The position numbers were made by a program, and so were the translations under genes. Below are positions 36,845 to 47,800 of a stretch of DNA of 64,000 nucleotides, piece by piece. The notes beneath the pieces are model-generated. The model worked only from the letters and a program-made list of their open reading frames with translations. It did no database searches and was not told where the DNA came from. The stretch lies in the IMG/VR virus record IMGVR_UViG_3300006749_000012, positions 1 to 64,000 of that record. One strand, given 5' to 3'. Origin of the DNA: a virus. Numbering within the stretch: position 1 is the stretch's first letter; each line of letters starts with the position of its first letter.

Positions 36845-38925
36845 GTTTTGGCGCTCATTACAAGGGTGACGTATCCGAAGTCACCATGGGTCATGAGACT
36901 GGCTTGTTAATTGAGCATGACCAACCAAGGACTTTTACTGCGGTATCTGCTACTGACCACACTAAAATAGAGTTCAGAGGCGTTACCAACGTAGGCAATA
37001 CGAGTATATTTGAAGCCGCTAAGCCGATACTAAAAGTTCCACTAGGTATGCTGATAGGTCAAAAGATGACCTTTCATTCTACTGCGACAGGAACTAATGC
37101 ATTTTCTAGTTATTATAACGACTCATTCAAAAGTAGAGTCTACACCATTGTAGACCACACATTAGAAAACAACACAGATGGCTCACCTACGGCTGCTACA
37201 ATAATAAAGATAGTTCCTGCGTTGAGGTTTCCAGCAGGCACTACTTCGATAAGTAGTGGCACAGGTGATGCTATATTCTTACATTCGCTAGGTCTACCCA
37301 CTGTTCAAGGAGATAATAATTTTGCAATGAATACTGCGGCATCTTCATCCAAAGAAACTAGCATGATTGACCAATTCATAGGACTTGCCAGTTTCATGAC
37401 ATTACCTGACACTACCGTAGATTTGCACAGTTATCATGTTGTAGGATTAGGTAGGCAAGTGGCTGTTCAGCAAACTGGTAAAGTCCATCACATGGGAGGC
37501 TCTTTGGAATTACCATTACACAGTCCTAAGTGGTTATTTTACAGTCTAGGCAGAGAGGTGGTAAGTAAAGATAAGTGTGGTGCGTTAGCGCATTCTTCTA
37601 GCCCAGTGCCTACTATATTCGCTAATGTTGCACCCGGCCAAGGGTTTATCGACGTAACTAGCAGTCAAAGCGCTAGCGTTAGATTTGGTTCAGGAACTGA
37701 TGCGGCAGTAGGTGATTACTTACTTATCAAAGATACTACACTTGTTCCTACAACTACATACAAAACTCCACAAAAAAGCACCGATAAATATTGGCCTCCT
37801 GAATCTTCAGGTTCTAATTTAGGCAGTGACAGCCATCACTTTGAGTGGTCAGAAAGCAGTGAGTGCAGGCGAATAAGTGCAATCGAAGGATTAGGAAGTA
37901 GTCGATTTCGATTGTATGTAGATGGCCCTTGGCAGTTCCAACATACAACCGGTGACACTCTTGAATTGAGACAATACCACGACTCTAATACCAACGGTAG
38001 CCCTAACGTCAATACTACACGCACAATCACTAACCCGATACATAGGTTGCTTTTCTCTGCTGAAACTATACCTAGTTTCTCCATAGAGCACAGTATAAGA
38101 AATCGAGACTTGGGCTCATTCAATGCAACTAGTGAATCTACGGTAGCACCCGGCAATTCAGGCGACAGTAAACAACTTACTCGTATCTTCAAAGGTTGTA
38201 AAGTAGTTGAGTGGGAATTGTCATCGACAGTAGATGCTGAATTGAAATACAGATGTGTGTTTGATGCACTTGCTTGTTATACAGACACTGGCAGATTGGA
38301 GTCTAGTAGCAAAGGAGACAGATACACTGCACATCGTATGTTCCAAAACACTGCTGATACTTTGAAGGGTAGAAAGGCTAGTGGGATAGCGGATAAATCA
38401 GAAAAGCCTTTTATGTTTTACAACGGAACTATACAGGCGTTTGACCAAAATCTAGCATTCGTCACGGCGTTTGAATTAAGAGGTAAGACTGGTGTAGAGT
38501 TATTCCATACCATACAAAGCAATCCTGTCGCAGAGTCAGTTGATTCATCGACTAATCTCAGCCTAAAACAAATACCTTACGGGGGAACTCGCAATGCTAG
38601 TATAGTCAGAGAAGGTAGGGAAGATTTTGAAATGGAAATAACATTGGCCTTAGAGGACCAAACTCTATTCCACGAATTAAGAACTCACATACAAAGAAGC
38701 GGCACTGTCAATGCACAAGGTGGTGTCATCATGTTACACTTTACCAAGCCAGTAACTACTGGAGATTCCGGCACCACTCCTAGTCTGAGGGTAATGGTTG
38801 ATGATTATTTCATAACCGAGTTACCCATACCTATGCCTGATGACAAAGGTCTGCTGTTTACTACCATGAAGATAAAGCCTCAAAACATTAAAGTGATAAG
38901 TGAGGATACGGAGTATCATTGTTAG
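36841..38925 (+). CDS. Major tail (tube) protein with inserted domains
   Basis: Position before chaperone pair; PSFSIE, RIFKGCKVVEWEL, PFMFYNG, REDFEMEITL tube-like motifs. Confidence 0.7.
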   Translation: MSFGAHYKGDVSEVTMGHETGLLIEHDQPRTFTAVSATDHTKIEFRGVTNVGNTSIFEAAKPILKVPLGMLIGQKMTFHSTATGTNAFSSYYNDSFKSRVYTIVDHTLENNTDGSPTAATIIKIVPALRFPAGTTSISSGTGDAIFLHSLGLPTVQGDNNFAMNTAASSSKETSMIDQFIGLASFMTLPDTTVDLHSYHVVGLGRQVAVQQTGKVHHMGGSLELPLHSPKWLFYSLGREVVSKDKCGALAHSSSPVPTIFANVAPGQGFIDVTSSQSASVRFGSGTDAAVGDYLLIKDTTLVPTTTYKTPQKSTDKYWPPESSGSNLGSDSHHFEWSESSECRRISAIEGLGSSRFRLYVDGPWQFQHTTGDTLELRQYHDSNTNGSPNVNTTRTITNPIHRLLFSAETIPSFSIEHSIRNRDLGSFNATSESTVAPGNSGDSKQLTRIFKGCKVVEWELSSTVDAELKYRCVFDALACYTDTGRLESSSKGDRYTAHRMFQNTADTLKGRKASGIADKSEKPFMFYNGTIQAFDQNLAFVTAFELRGKTGVELFHTIQSNPVAESVDSSTNLSLKQIPYGGTRNASIVREGREDFEMEITLALEDQTLFHELRTHIQRSGTVNAQGGVIMLHFTKPVTTGDSGTTPSLRVMVDDYFITELPIPMPDDKGLLFTTMKIKPQNIKVISEDTEYHC

Positions 38926-38935
38926 GGGGAGTTTT

Positions 38936-39154
38936 ATGCCAATGAGAACATGGATTTCTTTAACCCCTGATTGCTATTATGCTATTCCTATCAATGACGA
39001 AGAAGAAGAAGGAGGAGAATACCTCTTTGACCCGGAAGCAGGGAGAGCCAGCGATGACCCGTTCGCTCACCTGAAAGCGGAGGAGTCCCCCGATAATTCG
39101 GCGGATTCCGGTAAGGAAGTGAGTAAGTATGTCGGAGGAACAGAAGAAGAATAA
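38936..39154 (+). CDS. Small acidic hypothetical protein
   Basis: ATG after GGGGGAG; fills gap between tube and chaperone genes. Confidence 0.5.
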   Translation: MPMRTWISLTPDCYYAIPINDEEEEGGEYLFDPEAGRASDDPFAHLKAEESPDNSADSGKEVSKYVGGTEEE

Positions 39155-39494
39155 AATAGAAATAAATGGCCTACCTTTTGAAATTACAGCGAAACGCTTG
39201 ACATTCTTTGATATTCAAGCAGTAGCGCCGTTACTTATGGATGGGACTATGGACTTTTCTCGATACTGGCGACATGCTTTCAATAACTGGCTAATCTATG
39301 ACGATTACTTCGACATGGAAAGTTTGACTCCCGAAGAAGGTAACGCATTGGCTGCTTTACTCCCTGACCCTAGCACAGTGATGGAGTGGTTGGTTTTTCG
39401 GGAAGCGAAGTCGGTAACATCAAACAGTTCATTCACGGACGATTCGTCAATGACAGGCTTCGCTACCAAAGGGAAGGAACAGAATATCTCTTGA
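39129..39494 (+). CDS. Tail assembly chaperone (gpG-like)
   Basis: Position after tail tube; overlapped by a -1 frame ORF at a slippery site. Confidence 0.7.
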   Translation: MSEEQKKNKIEINGLPFEITAKRLTFFDIQAVAPLLMDGTMDFSRYWRHAFNNWLIYDDYFDMESLTPEEGNALAALLPDPSTVMEWLVFREAKSVTSNSSFTDDSSMTGFATKGKEQNIS

Positions 39495-39658
39495 TGACAC
39501 ACTATAATATGGGGCTGAAAGAAGTGAGGGGACTAAGTGTGGACGATGCTAAGCAATTGATGCACTGGGCACAGGCGATGCATGGTGAAGAAAAATTACC
39601 TGATAACGCAGTTTATTTGGGCTATGACGTAGTGCCACCAGTGGAGGAAATAGCATGA
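39386..39658 (+). CDS. Tail assembly chaperone C-terminal extension (gpT-like), probably made by -1 frameshift
   Basis: -1 frame relative to 39129 ORF; LMTHYNMGLKEVRGLSVDDAKQLM resembles gpT-type helices. Confidence 0.65.
   Translation: MVGFSGSEVGNIKQFIHGRFVNDRLRYQREGTEYLLMTHYNMGLKEVRGLSVDDAKQLMHWAQAMHGEEKLPDNAVYLGYDVVPPVEEIA
39392..39398 (+). promoter_or_regulatory. Candidate -1 ribosomal frameshift site G-GTT-TTT
   Basis: In-frame TTG GTT TTT CGG at the start of the overlap with the -1 ORF. Confidence 0.6.
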
Positions 39659-39849
39659 CTGTCGTAAGGTGTCTACTTTGTAATAGTGAAGAATTAGAAA
39701 ACGATACTGTAATTATGCAAGGTAAATGGAGCAGGTTGGTTAATTATGCAAACAAAAGATATAGTGCTATCAGTTGTAAAAATTGCGGATACACTATGTT
39801 ATTCAAAGAAGGTGCTAAATTTAGTATACTTGAGGCTATGGTAGGGTGA
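39655..39849 (+). CDS. Zinc-ribbon protein (DUF2082-like)
   Basis: CLLC...ISCKNCGYTMLF; SD GGAGG. Confidence 0.7.
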   Translation: MTVVRCLLCNSEELENDTVIMQGKWSRLVNYANKRYSAISCKNCGYTMLFKEGAKFSILEAMVG

Positions 39850-39853
39850 ACAT

Positions 39854-40333
39854 ATGGTAGAAGGAGATATTGACCCACGTTCCGTCGAGGCTATGGATAA
39901 GTTCAAAGATTACAGTAAGGCTGCTAAAGAGAATATGGAAGCACTACAACAGCAAATGGACAAATTCACCAACTCAATGGCAATGACTAAAACTCACACT
40001 AAAGACTTGACTGCTTCTTTGAGAGACTTGAGTAATTCGGAGCCCTTTCATCATATAGAAGAATCCATCAAAGAAGTGCAGAGTGGTTTAGAGCAGACTA
40101 TGAATCGCACTCAGTCACCAGCCGGTGGCCCTGCTCGTGAAACTATGACGGCTGGCGCACAAGCGCCTAGTGTTCCTGATGTTACAGTCAATTTGCGTAT
40201 AGATGTTAGTGGAGTAACTGACAAGACAGATAAAAGAAATCTAGCAAAAGAGATAGGAAATATGGTCACTAAAGAATTGAGGACTAAGATGGGCGGCTCG
40301 CTTACTCAGAGTGGGTTCAATAGGAGTGGTTAG
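39854..40333 (+). CDS. Very short tape-measure-like protein
   Basis: Occupies TMP slot; N-terminal coiled coil; TMP-type C-terminus VTVNLRIDVSG...LAKEIGNMVTKEL. Confidence 0.55.
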   Translation: MVEGDIDPRSVEAMDKFKDYSKAAKENMEALQQQMDKFTNSMAMTKTHTKDLTASLRDLSNSEPFHHIEESIKEVQSGLEQTMNRTQSPAGGPARETMTAGAQAPSVPDVTVNLRIDVSGVTDKTDKRNLAKEIGNMVTKELRTKMGGSLTQSGFNRSG

Positions 40334-42853
40334 ATGGCAGACGAAGGAGAAAGAATGCCGGTTAGACTTGTTCAAGAGAACGGTGATACCATCTCACTTG
40401 ATGCAACTAGTATCGATATAGTTGTAGAAAGACAACAGTCCAACTTCGGCATACCTTTCTTTGATGCTAGAAAAATGGCAATAGACCTTAATCAAACCCA
40501 AGTGGCAGTAGAGATAAATGGTATACTAGCAGACGAGGTAGGTCAAGAAGTAACCGCTCAAGCGACCGCTACGGTAGACCTCTATCAACCTCAACAACTT
40601 GTGAATTGGGGGCAACCAATTAACAGCGGTGGCGGAGTCAATACCGTTGCTGTATCTTCGTCTTTCAACAGCGGGTCTACTTCTACTGGTATAGGTAACA
40701 CTGGCTCTTTTGGTTCTTCTTCTTCAGGATTTGGCGGCTCATTGGGCACGCCTCCGACTGATTTCAAAGATTTAGGAAATAACATTTTACAATATTGGAA
40801 TAAGCGCTACATAGATTTCCCTGTTGCTTTTTGGGTAGAAGAATCGGGCGCTTTAGGTGTCCCCGTTACAAATGGTTTACAATTGAACTTGAAGTCGGAT
40901 TCGCTTGCTAGCACTTTATCTCATAATGATTTAATAAACAACTGGACAGACAGTAGTGGAAACGGTAGAAACGCTACTCAATCTAGCACAATTGCACAGC
41001 CTAGATACAAAAAGGCCTCAGAGTTTGATTCTTATATCCAGTTCGATGGAGTCAATGACTTCTTGACTATATCTAATGAGCCTTTTCTTAACTCAGAAGA
41101 ATTTACTTTGATAGTCGCTTGTAAAAATAGTCATTTCAATGGAGTTCGACCAATAATAACATCTAGTGATGCTTCTAACAGCGGCTATGCTTTGGTGATA
41201 GATAGAGGTAATACTAAGGGTCAGTTCAAGTGGGAAGGGACTTCTTCAAATACATTAGACACCAGCGGAATATCTGTTAGACACGAGCCGCACATATTTT
41301 CTGTTGTTATGAAAGACAGTGATTCTGATGCACAGTCTGATACAGTTACTTTGTTTATAGATGGAATTTCTACTCAAACTACTTCTACTGATTTTACACC
41401 TGAAGATAGTTCTGCATTTAACATAGGCAAAGACGCTAGTAACTTTTTCCGAGGTGCTTTGTATGAAATATTATTTTACAATAGGGCTTTGACGGACAAT
41501 GAACTTCAAAGTGTAGAGGGCTATCTTTCTCGTAAACATGACATCAAAATTAGAGAAGAAGGGCATGATTATTATGAAAATAGTTCTTACAACTTTGATA
41601 CCAAGCACATCAGAGTGGCTTTTGATAGTAAAATGGTGAGCAGTCAGCAAGAGCCTTACGGGTTCTTGAATCAAAAAAGAGTCATTAATGGTATGACTAT
41701 TTCTTCACTGAGCACTGATAAAAAGACTATAACTGTAACAGGTGGCAATCCTCAACAGTTTTTTGAGGTTGATGAAACCGAAAGACCTTACTTAATATCA
41801 TTTCAAAGCAGCACAGGTGTTTGGCGCAAGAGCGGCGGTAGAATATACAAAGGGCAGGTTACAGCGGTAACCTCAAATACAATTTCTGTGGAATTTGTTG
41901 ACCTTTATGGTAATTCTGCTGTCCATAGCGCTGGTGATAAGATATACATAATGCCCATAGATTATGGTATAAGTCGCTTACATAGCACAGAACTGACACC
42001 CGTTATAATTCTACCAATAAAAAACGCTGATACTTTTGATGAGCAAGCCCTTCCTGAGAAAGCGGTGGGTCCTGAATTTCCCAATCACCAAGATACCAGC
42101 GGTAGAGATAGTGGTAATAATCTAACTAGAACTGATGAATATATTACCTATTTATTATCAAAGGCGTTGACTGCCAGTTACATAGATTTGAATCGCCCGG
42201 TTGATTCAAGTGGTAACACGACGCTAAACAAAGTATTCTCGACTTCTATATCCAATTCTTTTAGTGAGCACGCTAGTAGACTAACTATAACTCAGTTACA
42301 TGCTACTTCTCTTGGTAGTTTATCTGATACTATAAACAGTGATTTAGGGTCAGGTCAATTACCTGTCATACAAGGTTTCTCAGGCGGAAGAAGCGGAAAG
42401 CGAGTCAAGAGTGGAGGAGATAAAGCACAAGACCTCATAGGTATACTTTCTAACAGTAACAACTATGCTACCAATCCTGATATGAATTTCGTAACAGACG
42501 CTTTACAAATAGGGCTCGATTTCTTATCTAATCAAATAGGTGCCGCTGACATGGGTGGTGATTTCATAAGAGGTATACAGATACCTTACAATTCATTCAA
42601 TACTAAAGGTAAAAATGTATTAGACGCTGAAGTAGCCCAGCGCAATTTTTTCTTAACAACAGAAGGTAGCACTTCAGACAAACTATCTAGTGCTAATACA
42701 GTTCATGCTTCAAGGTCTTTTGTGCATTCAGCCGAAGGTCATTTTAAAAATGGAATAAGCGGACTGGTCACTGATTTGAGTTTGCAGCGAGACGCTGAAA
42801 TGAAAGCCTACGATTTCAGTTTGAAATTCATAGCAGCGGATATAATTTTGTAA
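40334..42853 (+). CDS. Distal tail/baseplate-like protein with LamG (ConA-like) insertion; paralog 1
   Basis: WTDSSGNGRNA, FDGVNDFL, FRGALYEILFYNRAL, VEGYLSRKH. Confidence 0.7.
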   Translation: MADEGERMPVRLVQENGDTISLDATSIDIVVERQQSNFGIPFFDARKMAIDLNQTQVAVEINGILADEVGQEVTAQATATVDLYQPQQLVNWGQPINSGGGVNTVAVSSSFNSGSTSTGIGNTGSFGSSSSGFGGSLGTPPTDFKDLGNNILQYWNKRYIDFPVAFWVEESGALGVPVTNGLQLNLKSDSLASTLSHNDLINNWTDSSGNGRNATQSSTIAQPRYKKASEFDSYIQFDGVNDFLTISNEPFLNSEEFTLIVACKNSHFNGVRPIITSSDASNSGYALVIDRGNTKGQFKWEGTSSNTLDTSGISVRHEPHIFSVVMKDSDSDAQSDTVTLFIDGISTQTTSTDFTPEDSSAFNIGKDASNFFRGALYEILFYNRALTDNELQSVEGYLSRKHDIKIREEGHDYYENSSYNFDTKHIRVAFDSKMVSSQQEPYGFLNQKRVINGMTISSLSTDKKTITVTGGNPQQFFEVDETERPYLISFQSSTGVWRKSGGRIYKGQVTAVTSNTISVEFVDLYGNSAVHSAGDKIYIMPIDYGISRLHSTELTPVIILPIKNADTFDEQALPEKAVGPEFPNHQDTSGRDSGNNLTRTDEYITYLLSKALTASYIDLNRPVDSSGNTTLNKVFSTSISNSFSEHASRLTITQLHATSLGSLSDTINSDLGSGQLPVIQGFSGGRSGKRVKSGGDKAQDLIGILSNSNNYATNPDMNFVTDALQIGLDFLSNQIGAADMGGDFIRGIQIPYNSFNTKGKNVLDAEVAQRNFFLTTEGSTSDKLSSANTVHASRSFVHSAEGHFKNGISGLVTDLSLQRDAEMKAYDFSLKFIAADIIL

Positions 42854-42862
42854 GGTGATGAA

Positions 42863-44872
42863 ATGGCTATTCCAATAAAAATCTTGGCAGGGCACGATGG
42901 TGAAATAGCAGTAGATTTAGAGGCACAAAGTATTGATATGGTGATAGACAGAAACGTATCTGCTTTCCCAACCCCTAATAATTTATTAAAACGCATAGCG
43001 ATAGATACTAACATACCTAGAGTTACAATGGAAATCAATGGTATACTAACAGATGACGAAGGTATAGATGTGACACGGGCTTCGGGCGTGGAAGATTTGG
43101 TTTCTGTAACTCCTATGAGAACTTTGATTAATTTCGGGAGCCTCATGCCCACTGAACCTAATTCAAACTTTACACCTGTTAAAAGAGCGCTTGGGATGAA
43201 ACGACCAGTTTCCGATACGCTTGAGTTGTCTGTCCGCAATTCTCTTAGTAGAAACTCTACTAACACCGTTGAAGATTTACATATTGACCCAACTCTCGTA
43301 ACGGCAGCCGGTGTTTTACAACTAGTTACTAAAATACAGACTAACTTAAAATTTACTGGGGCTCATAGCGTAGGTGCAACCGGCGCTCTTGCAGTTAGTG
43401 CTAAAATCGTAGGAGTGTCTACTCCTGCAAATATTCTCATTAGCAAGGACGATAGGATAGTGAAAAGTTCAGGAGAATTGATTGGCATAGTGCAATCGGT
43501 AACTAATACAACTGTTACGTTTACTGCGGGCATCGCTCACTCCATAAGTGCGAATGACAAACTTTTCGCTAGCGCTAAGTGTTTTAATCACAGAAATGAA
43601 TTTTTAGGTTATACTACTAATTTGACATTTAACACTACGGGTGCTAAGAATATAACGTCAGTTGATTTAACACTGGATAGAAAAATAGAAAGTGACATAT
43701 TGGCGGGAACTAAGTTAACTTTTAACAAAAGCAATGACTCCTTAGAAAATTTACTGCATTATAATTGTATAAAGATAATTCCTTCTTATTGGTTGGAGGA
43801 CCCAAGTCGTGGCCCAACTGGTAGTGACCCACGAAGCGATGTAGCGTTTAGTAACAATGTGTATCCTAAATACGGTATCAAGTTCATATTTGACGCTACT
43901 AAGACACCTACCATTGCCGGAGGTAGTGATACGCCCGCACTAAATACTGGCAACCAAATATTTGAAAGAACTTCTTATCATCAAGGTTATTGCACTCCAC
44001 CGACTCTTGATGCTGCGTTTAGAGATTTAGAGATATTGATACCAATCAAAGGTATAACTTCTTTGCCCGACAATCAAAGTCCGGCTGAAGGGTTGGCCTT
44101 ACTATTATCACAAGCGCTCGCTCTAACGACTACTTTTACAAAAACCGCAACGAATGATTCGTTTACACTAAATCCAACTGACACATCTACTTTGGCGGCT
44201 ACATTCAACGTGACCCGCAATAATTCTATTGTATTGATTGAGCAAACATACAAACCCCAAACACCAGTAGAGCATCCTGAAGTCTTCAATGATAGGCTAA
44301 AAGAAACTGTAAACATCCAAGCATTCAATTCTATAAGTGCATTTTCTTCTCTTGGAACTAAGTCTGCTGGAGATAAAGCGCAGGATTTGATTGGTTTGAT
44401 TTCCAACTCTAGCACTAACACAGGTGATTTATTCAAAGGTATTCAAATACCATACGATAGTCTAATCACAAGTTCGGGAGTTACAGGGGTTGCTCGCAAT
44501 TTCTTTTTGACCTTTGGAGAAATACCCGCATCAGAAAAAACTTCTTTGAGCAATACTCGTGCAGCATCGGACACTATGTTAGGGCTGCAATTGACTGGAG
44601 ATGCTGGCGGAAATAAAACTGACAGAAGCAATAATGAAAAGTCACTTTTAGAAGAATGGTTTGGCAGTGCAGGTGAGGCAATTGAATCGTTAGTAGGCTT
44701 TGTAACAACGGCTATATCTGATATTTTTATAACACTAAAGAGTGACGCACATGGTAATGATGGCGGAATACGCATCATACCTGAAAAACTTCATGTGCGC
44801 TATGATGCTGGGAACAACTACTACGCATACAGTTTACTTCTAGTAGCGACAGACTTTGTGATAGGTGTATGA
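42863..44872 (+). CDS. Distal tail/baseplate-like protein; paralog 2
   Basis: Shares EINGIL, KSxGDKAQDLIG, GIQIPY, RNFFLT blocks with 40334-42853. Confidence 0.7.
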   Translation: MAIPIKILAGHDGEIAVDLEAQSIDMVIDRNVSAFPTPNNLLKRIAIDTNIPRVTMEINGILTDDEGIDVTRASGVEDLVSVTPMRTLINFGSLMPTEPNSNFTPVKRALGMKRPVSDTLELSVRNSLSRNSTNTVEDLHIDPTLVTAAGVLQLVTKIQTNLKFTGAHSVGATGALAVSAKIVGVSTPANILISKDDRIVKSSGELIGIVQSVTNTTVTFTAGIAHSISANDKLFASAKCFNHRNEFLGYTTNLTFNTTGAKNITSVDLTLDRKIESDILAGTKLTFNKSNDSLENLLHYNCIKIIPSYWLEDPSRGPTGSDPRSDVAFSNNVYPKYGIKFIFDATKTPTIAGGSDTPALNTGNQIFERTSYHQGYCTPPTLDAAFRDLEILIPIKGITSLPDNQSPAEGLALLLSQALALTTTFTKTATNDSFTLNPTDTSTLAATFNVTRNNSIVLIEQTYKPQTPVEHPEVFNDRLKETVNIQAFNSISAFSSLGTKSAGDKAQDLIGLISNSSTNTGDLFKGIQIPYDSLITSSGVTGVARNFFLTFGEIPASEKTSLSNTRAASDTMLGLQLTGDAGGNKTDRSNNEKSLLEEWFGSAGEAIESLVGFVTTAISDIFITLKSDAHGNDGGIRIIPEKLHVRYDAGNNYYAYSLLLVATDFVIGV

Positions 44873-44873
44873 T

Positions 44874-47800
44874 ATGACGCTAACGATTGACCCCGGATTT
44901 GGAATAAGATTCAACGGTATAAGCGATAGCATATTAGTTCCTGTAAACACTAAACTTATTCACGGAGTTCAAACCGAAGAACGTAGAGGATTACCTAAAG
45001 CAATAAATTCGTTTACGATAGAAAGTTGGTTTATACCGGATTGTGGAGGAGTAATATTTGAGCAAGAAAATGTCATGCGATTGACAGTAGGTAGCCCTAG
45101 CAGCCCTGCACCCGCCACGTTTGAAGTTCGGTTAAGAAATCCCGCAAGTGGTAGAGACGCAGTTTATACTTTATCAACTGCTAAACCAATTACCAAAGTA
45201 AATGGTAGGATTGCATATTATGAAGGTATACAGTTCCCGGTAACAGATTCTCTACATGGTTCTTATTTAGCAACTGATGTTGATAGAAACGATGTCACTG
45301 CCTTTAATGATGGGGCTAGAGAATTGTTAAATGTGACTGTGATGTTTGATAGAAGAACAATAAGTATGTTCGTGAATGGTGATTTAGCCGTATCTCAGGA
45401 ACTAGAGGAAGAACATGAGTTAGTGACTCAACAGAATAGCATTTATCTTGGAGGTAGAGGCGGTGATTTCAGAGGAACATTAGAAGCCATACATTGGTCA
45501 AAAGGTGCGTTAACTTCAGGCTATCAACAGTATGCTCCTATGAAAAGTGACAACACTATTGGGCTTTGGAGGTTTGAAGAACCAGTGAATCCTATAACTC
45601 TGATTACTACAACTCCTTCTATCTCTGCATCTACTTCGGCTACTTCTTCGATTAATATAGGGTCATCTGCGGCACAGTCTCTGATAGACGAACTCAGTGG
45701 TCAAAGTGGACTTACGTCAATTAATTTTACAGCCAGTCCTTATAGTGGAGGCAGTTACAGCGTCAAGGTTCAATCCGCTTCTTCATCTGCTACTGTAAGT
45801 ATACCAAAGGTGCCCTACAATATTTTAGTCAACCCGTTAGGGTATAGTCAAACCACTGGTAAGCCTACTAATAAATCTCCTGAAAGACTAAGGTTGATGT
45901 CGGCAGATTCCAGTGCTGGAACTATAACGGTTGAGTCTATACACCTTGATTTTGCATCTAACGCTAGCAACGGCAGGAGAGGTGTTTTGTCTAACCACGA
46001 TGCTGGTAGATTTGTAATTATCACAGGCGATTGTATAATTGATACTGGTAACGGTAACGAATTTCAACCTTATGGCACAGGCACACAGTTTTCTCAAAGG
46101 CAAGGTCAAGTGATTATAGATGAAAGTGACTTTGCTAATAATGGAATAATGTTTTCTCAAAGCATGGCAATAGACAGTCATGAATACAACAAATTCTCTG
46201 CAAGTTCTGCAAATATGGGCTCTCAGTTCTTAGCAGGTCATTCGGGTAGACACACTCTGAATCATGTAACTAGCCATCCGTTCATGGGCGTGTTACCGCC
46301 CACTGAGAGTCACGTAGTAGAGAAAAAGTTAGACATAGGCAGTGACGTAATATCGGCTTCATTTCCTTCACAATTTTCTGACATTAGGTCAACTGTCCCT
46401 ATGAATAGTATAGTTTCCAGTTATGACACTAGCGGTAACATCAAAATCAAATCTGTAACGAACCGTGCTGAAATAACTTCGGTGGTAGAAAATGGAATGT
46501 CAGACATCGACGATACGCAAAGAGGCATTTTGGCAGTAGGTGGACTCAATTTTAATGTAGAACCTTTCCTAATAAGGTCTTTATCTTCTAATAATGAACT
46601 TGATTCTTCTAAACATGCTATTCCTTCTACTAGAAATAGAATAGCAATACTATCTGTTCCTGATTTAGCGACTTACAATTACGCTCCGTTCGTGCAATTG
46701 CATTACAATGCAGTTGATTTAGACGGAAGTCAGTTTGGGACAGGGGCTACCTCTCGTTTAACGGCTAACATAACTGGTGGTAATACTGTTTTAACTTTAC
46801 AGAGCGTTAAATCGTTTGGATTCGACGGTGAACTTATACCAGCCTCGCTGATAGATATAAACGGCACACCTGCTTCTAGTTTAAGCGATAACACCGCAGA
46901 AATAAATTACTCTGCAAAGACACTGACATTTTCAGCAGCGGCTGACTCTGCTTTCAATACACTGGCTGTAAGTGGTAACATAGTCAAAAAGTCCGATACC
47001 GGGGCTAAGATTTTAGTAACTGATACGCTACCTAAAGTGAGCACGATAGTGACAGGTAGCACGTCCATACTGGACTTGATTAGAACAGCGCTAGACGCTA
47101 GCCCGTTAGAAATATTCTCTCCCGGTGCAGTTATAGAATTTGACAAACCTGAAATGTTCGGGCTTTCTGACGGTGATTTAGAAGGAGAAAGTAGCGAAGG
47201 GCAGGTAGCCGAAAGTGTCCTTAACAGAGATTTGTCACCTGAAAATTATTTACCGTTGACATCGGCTGATTCTCCACAAACTACTCCTCAAGCAATTTCG
47301 TTGGCTACTTCGGAATTAGTCGAAAGAGGCTCGGTCCTCAATAGAATTTTAATTAGGAGCCATAAGACTAGCATAGGTAACTTTGAAGAAAACGCAGGTA
47401 TTACACTCCAAAAGTCTACTAATGGTATAAGACCTAGAAGTGGTGTAAAGTTGAATAATGGCTCAGGATATGCGGCTTCTACCACTGGCGCTATGACAGT
47501 CGACGGAATAGACGCTACTGCGGTAATCAATGTAGGAAGTTCTATCTTCAAAGCAAATGGTAAAAACTTAGGAACTGTAACTGCGGTTACAAGCACTTCT
47601 GTTACTGTGGGAGCAGGAACCTCTGACGCTTTAGTAGATGATGAAGAAATATTCACACAGCCTCAAATGGTAGGTAAAGGAACTATAAATCAAAGCAGTT
47701 GTGTCCATGAATATTTTGACATAATCGAACACAATAGCAATGAGAAAAAGGTCAAGTTAATTATACAACCTAGCGATAATAATCGCTTTAATTTAGGTAG

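Noticed and set aside
36841-38925. Contractile tail sheath because of its size (694 aa)
   Set aside because: Motifs and position directly before the chaperone pair fit a tube protein with insertions; no separate tube gene follows it
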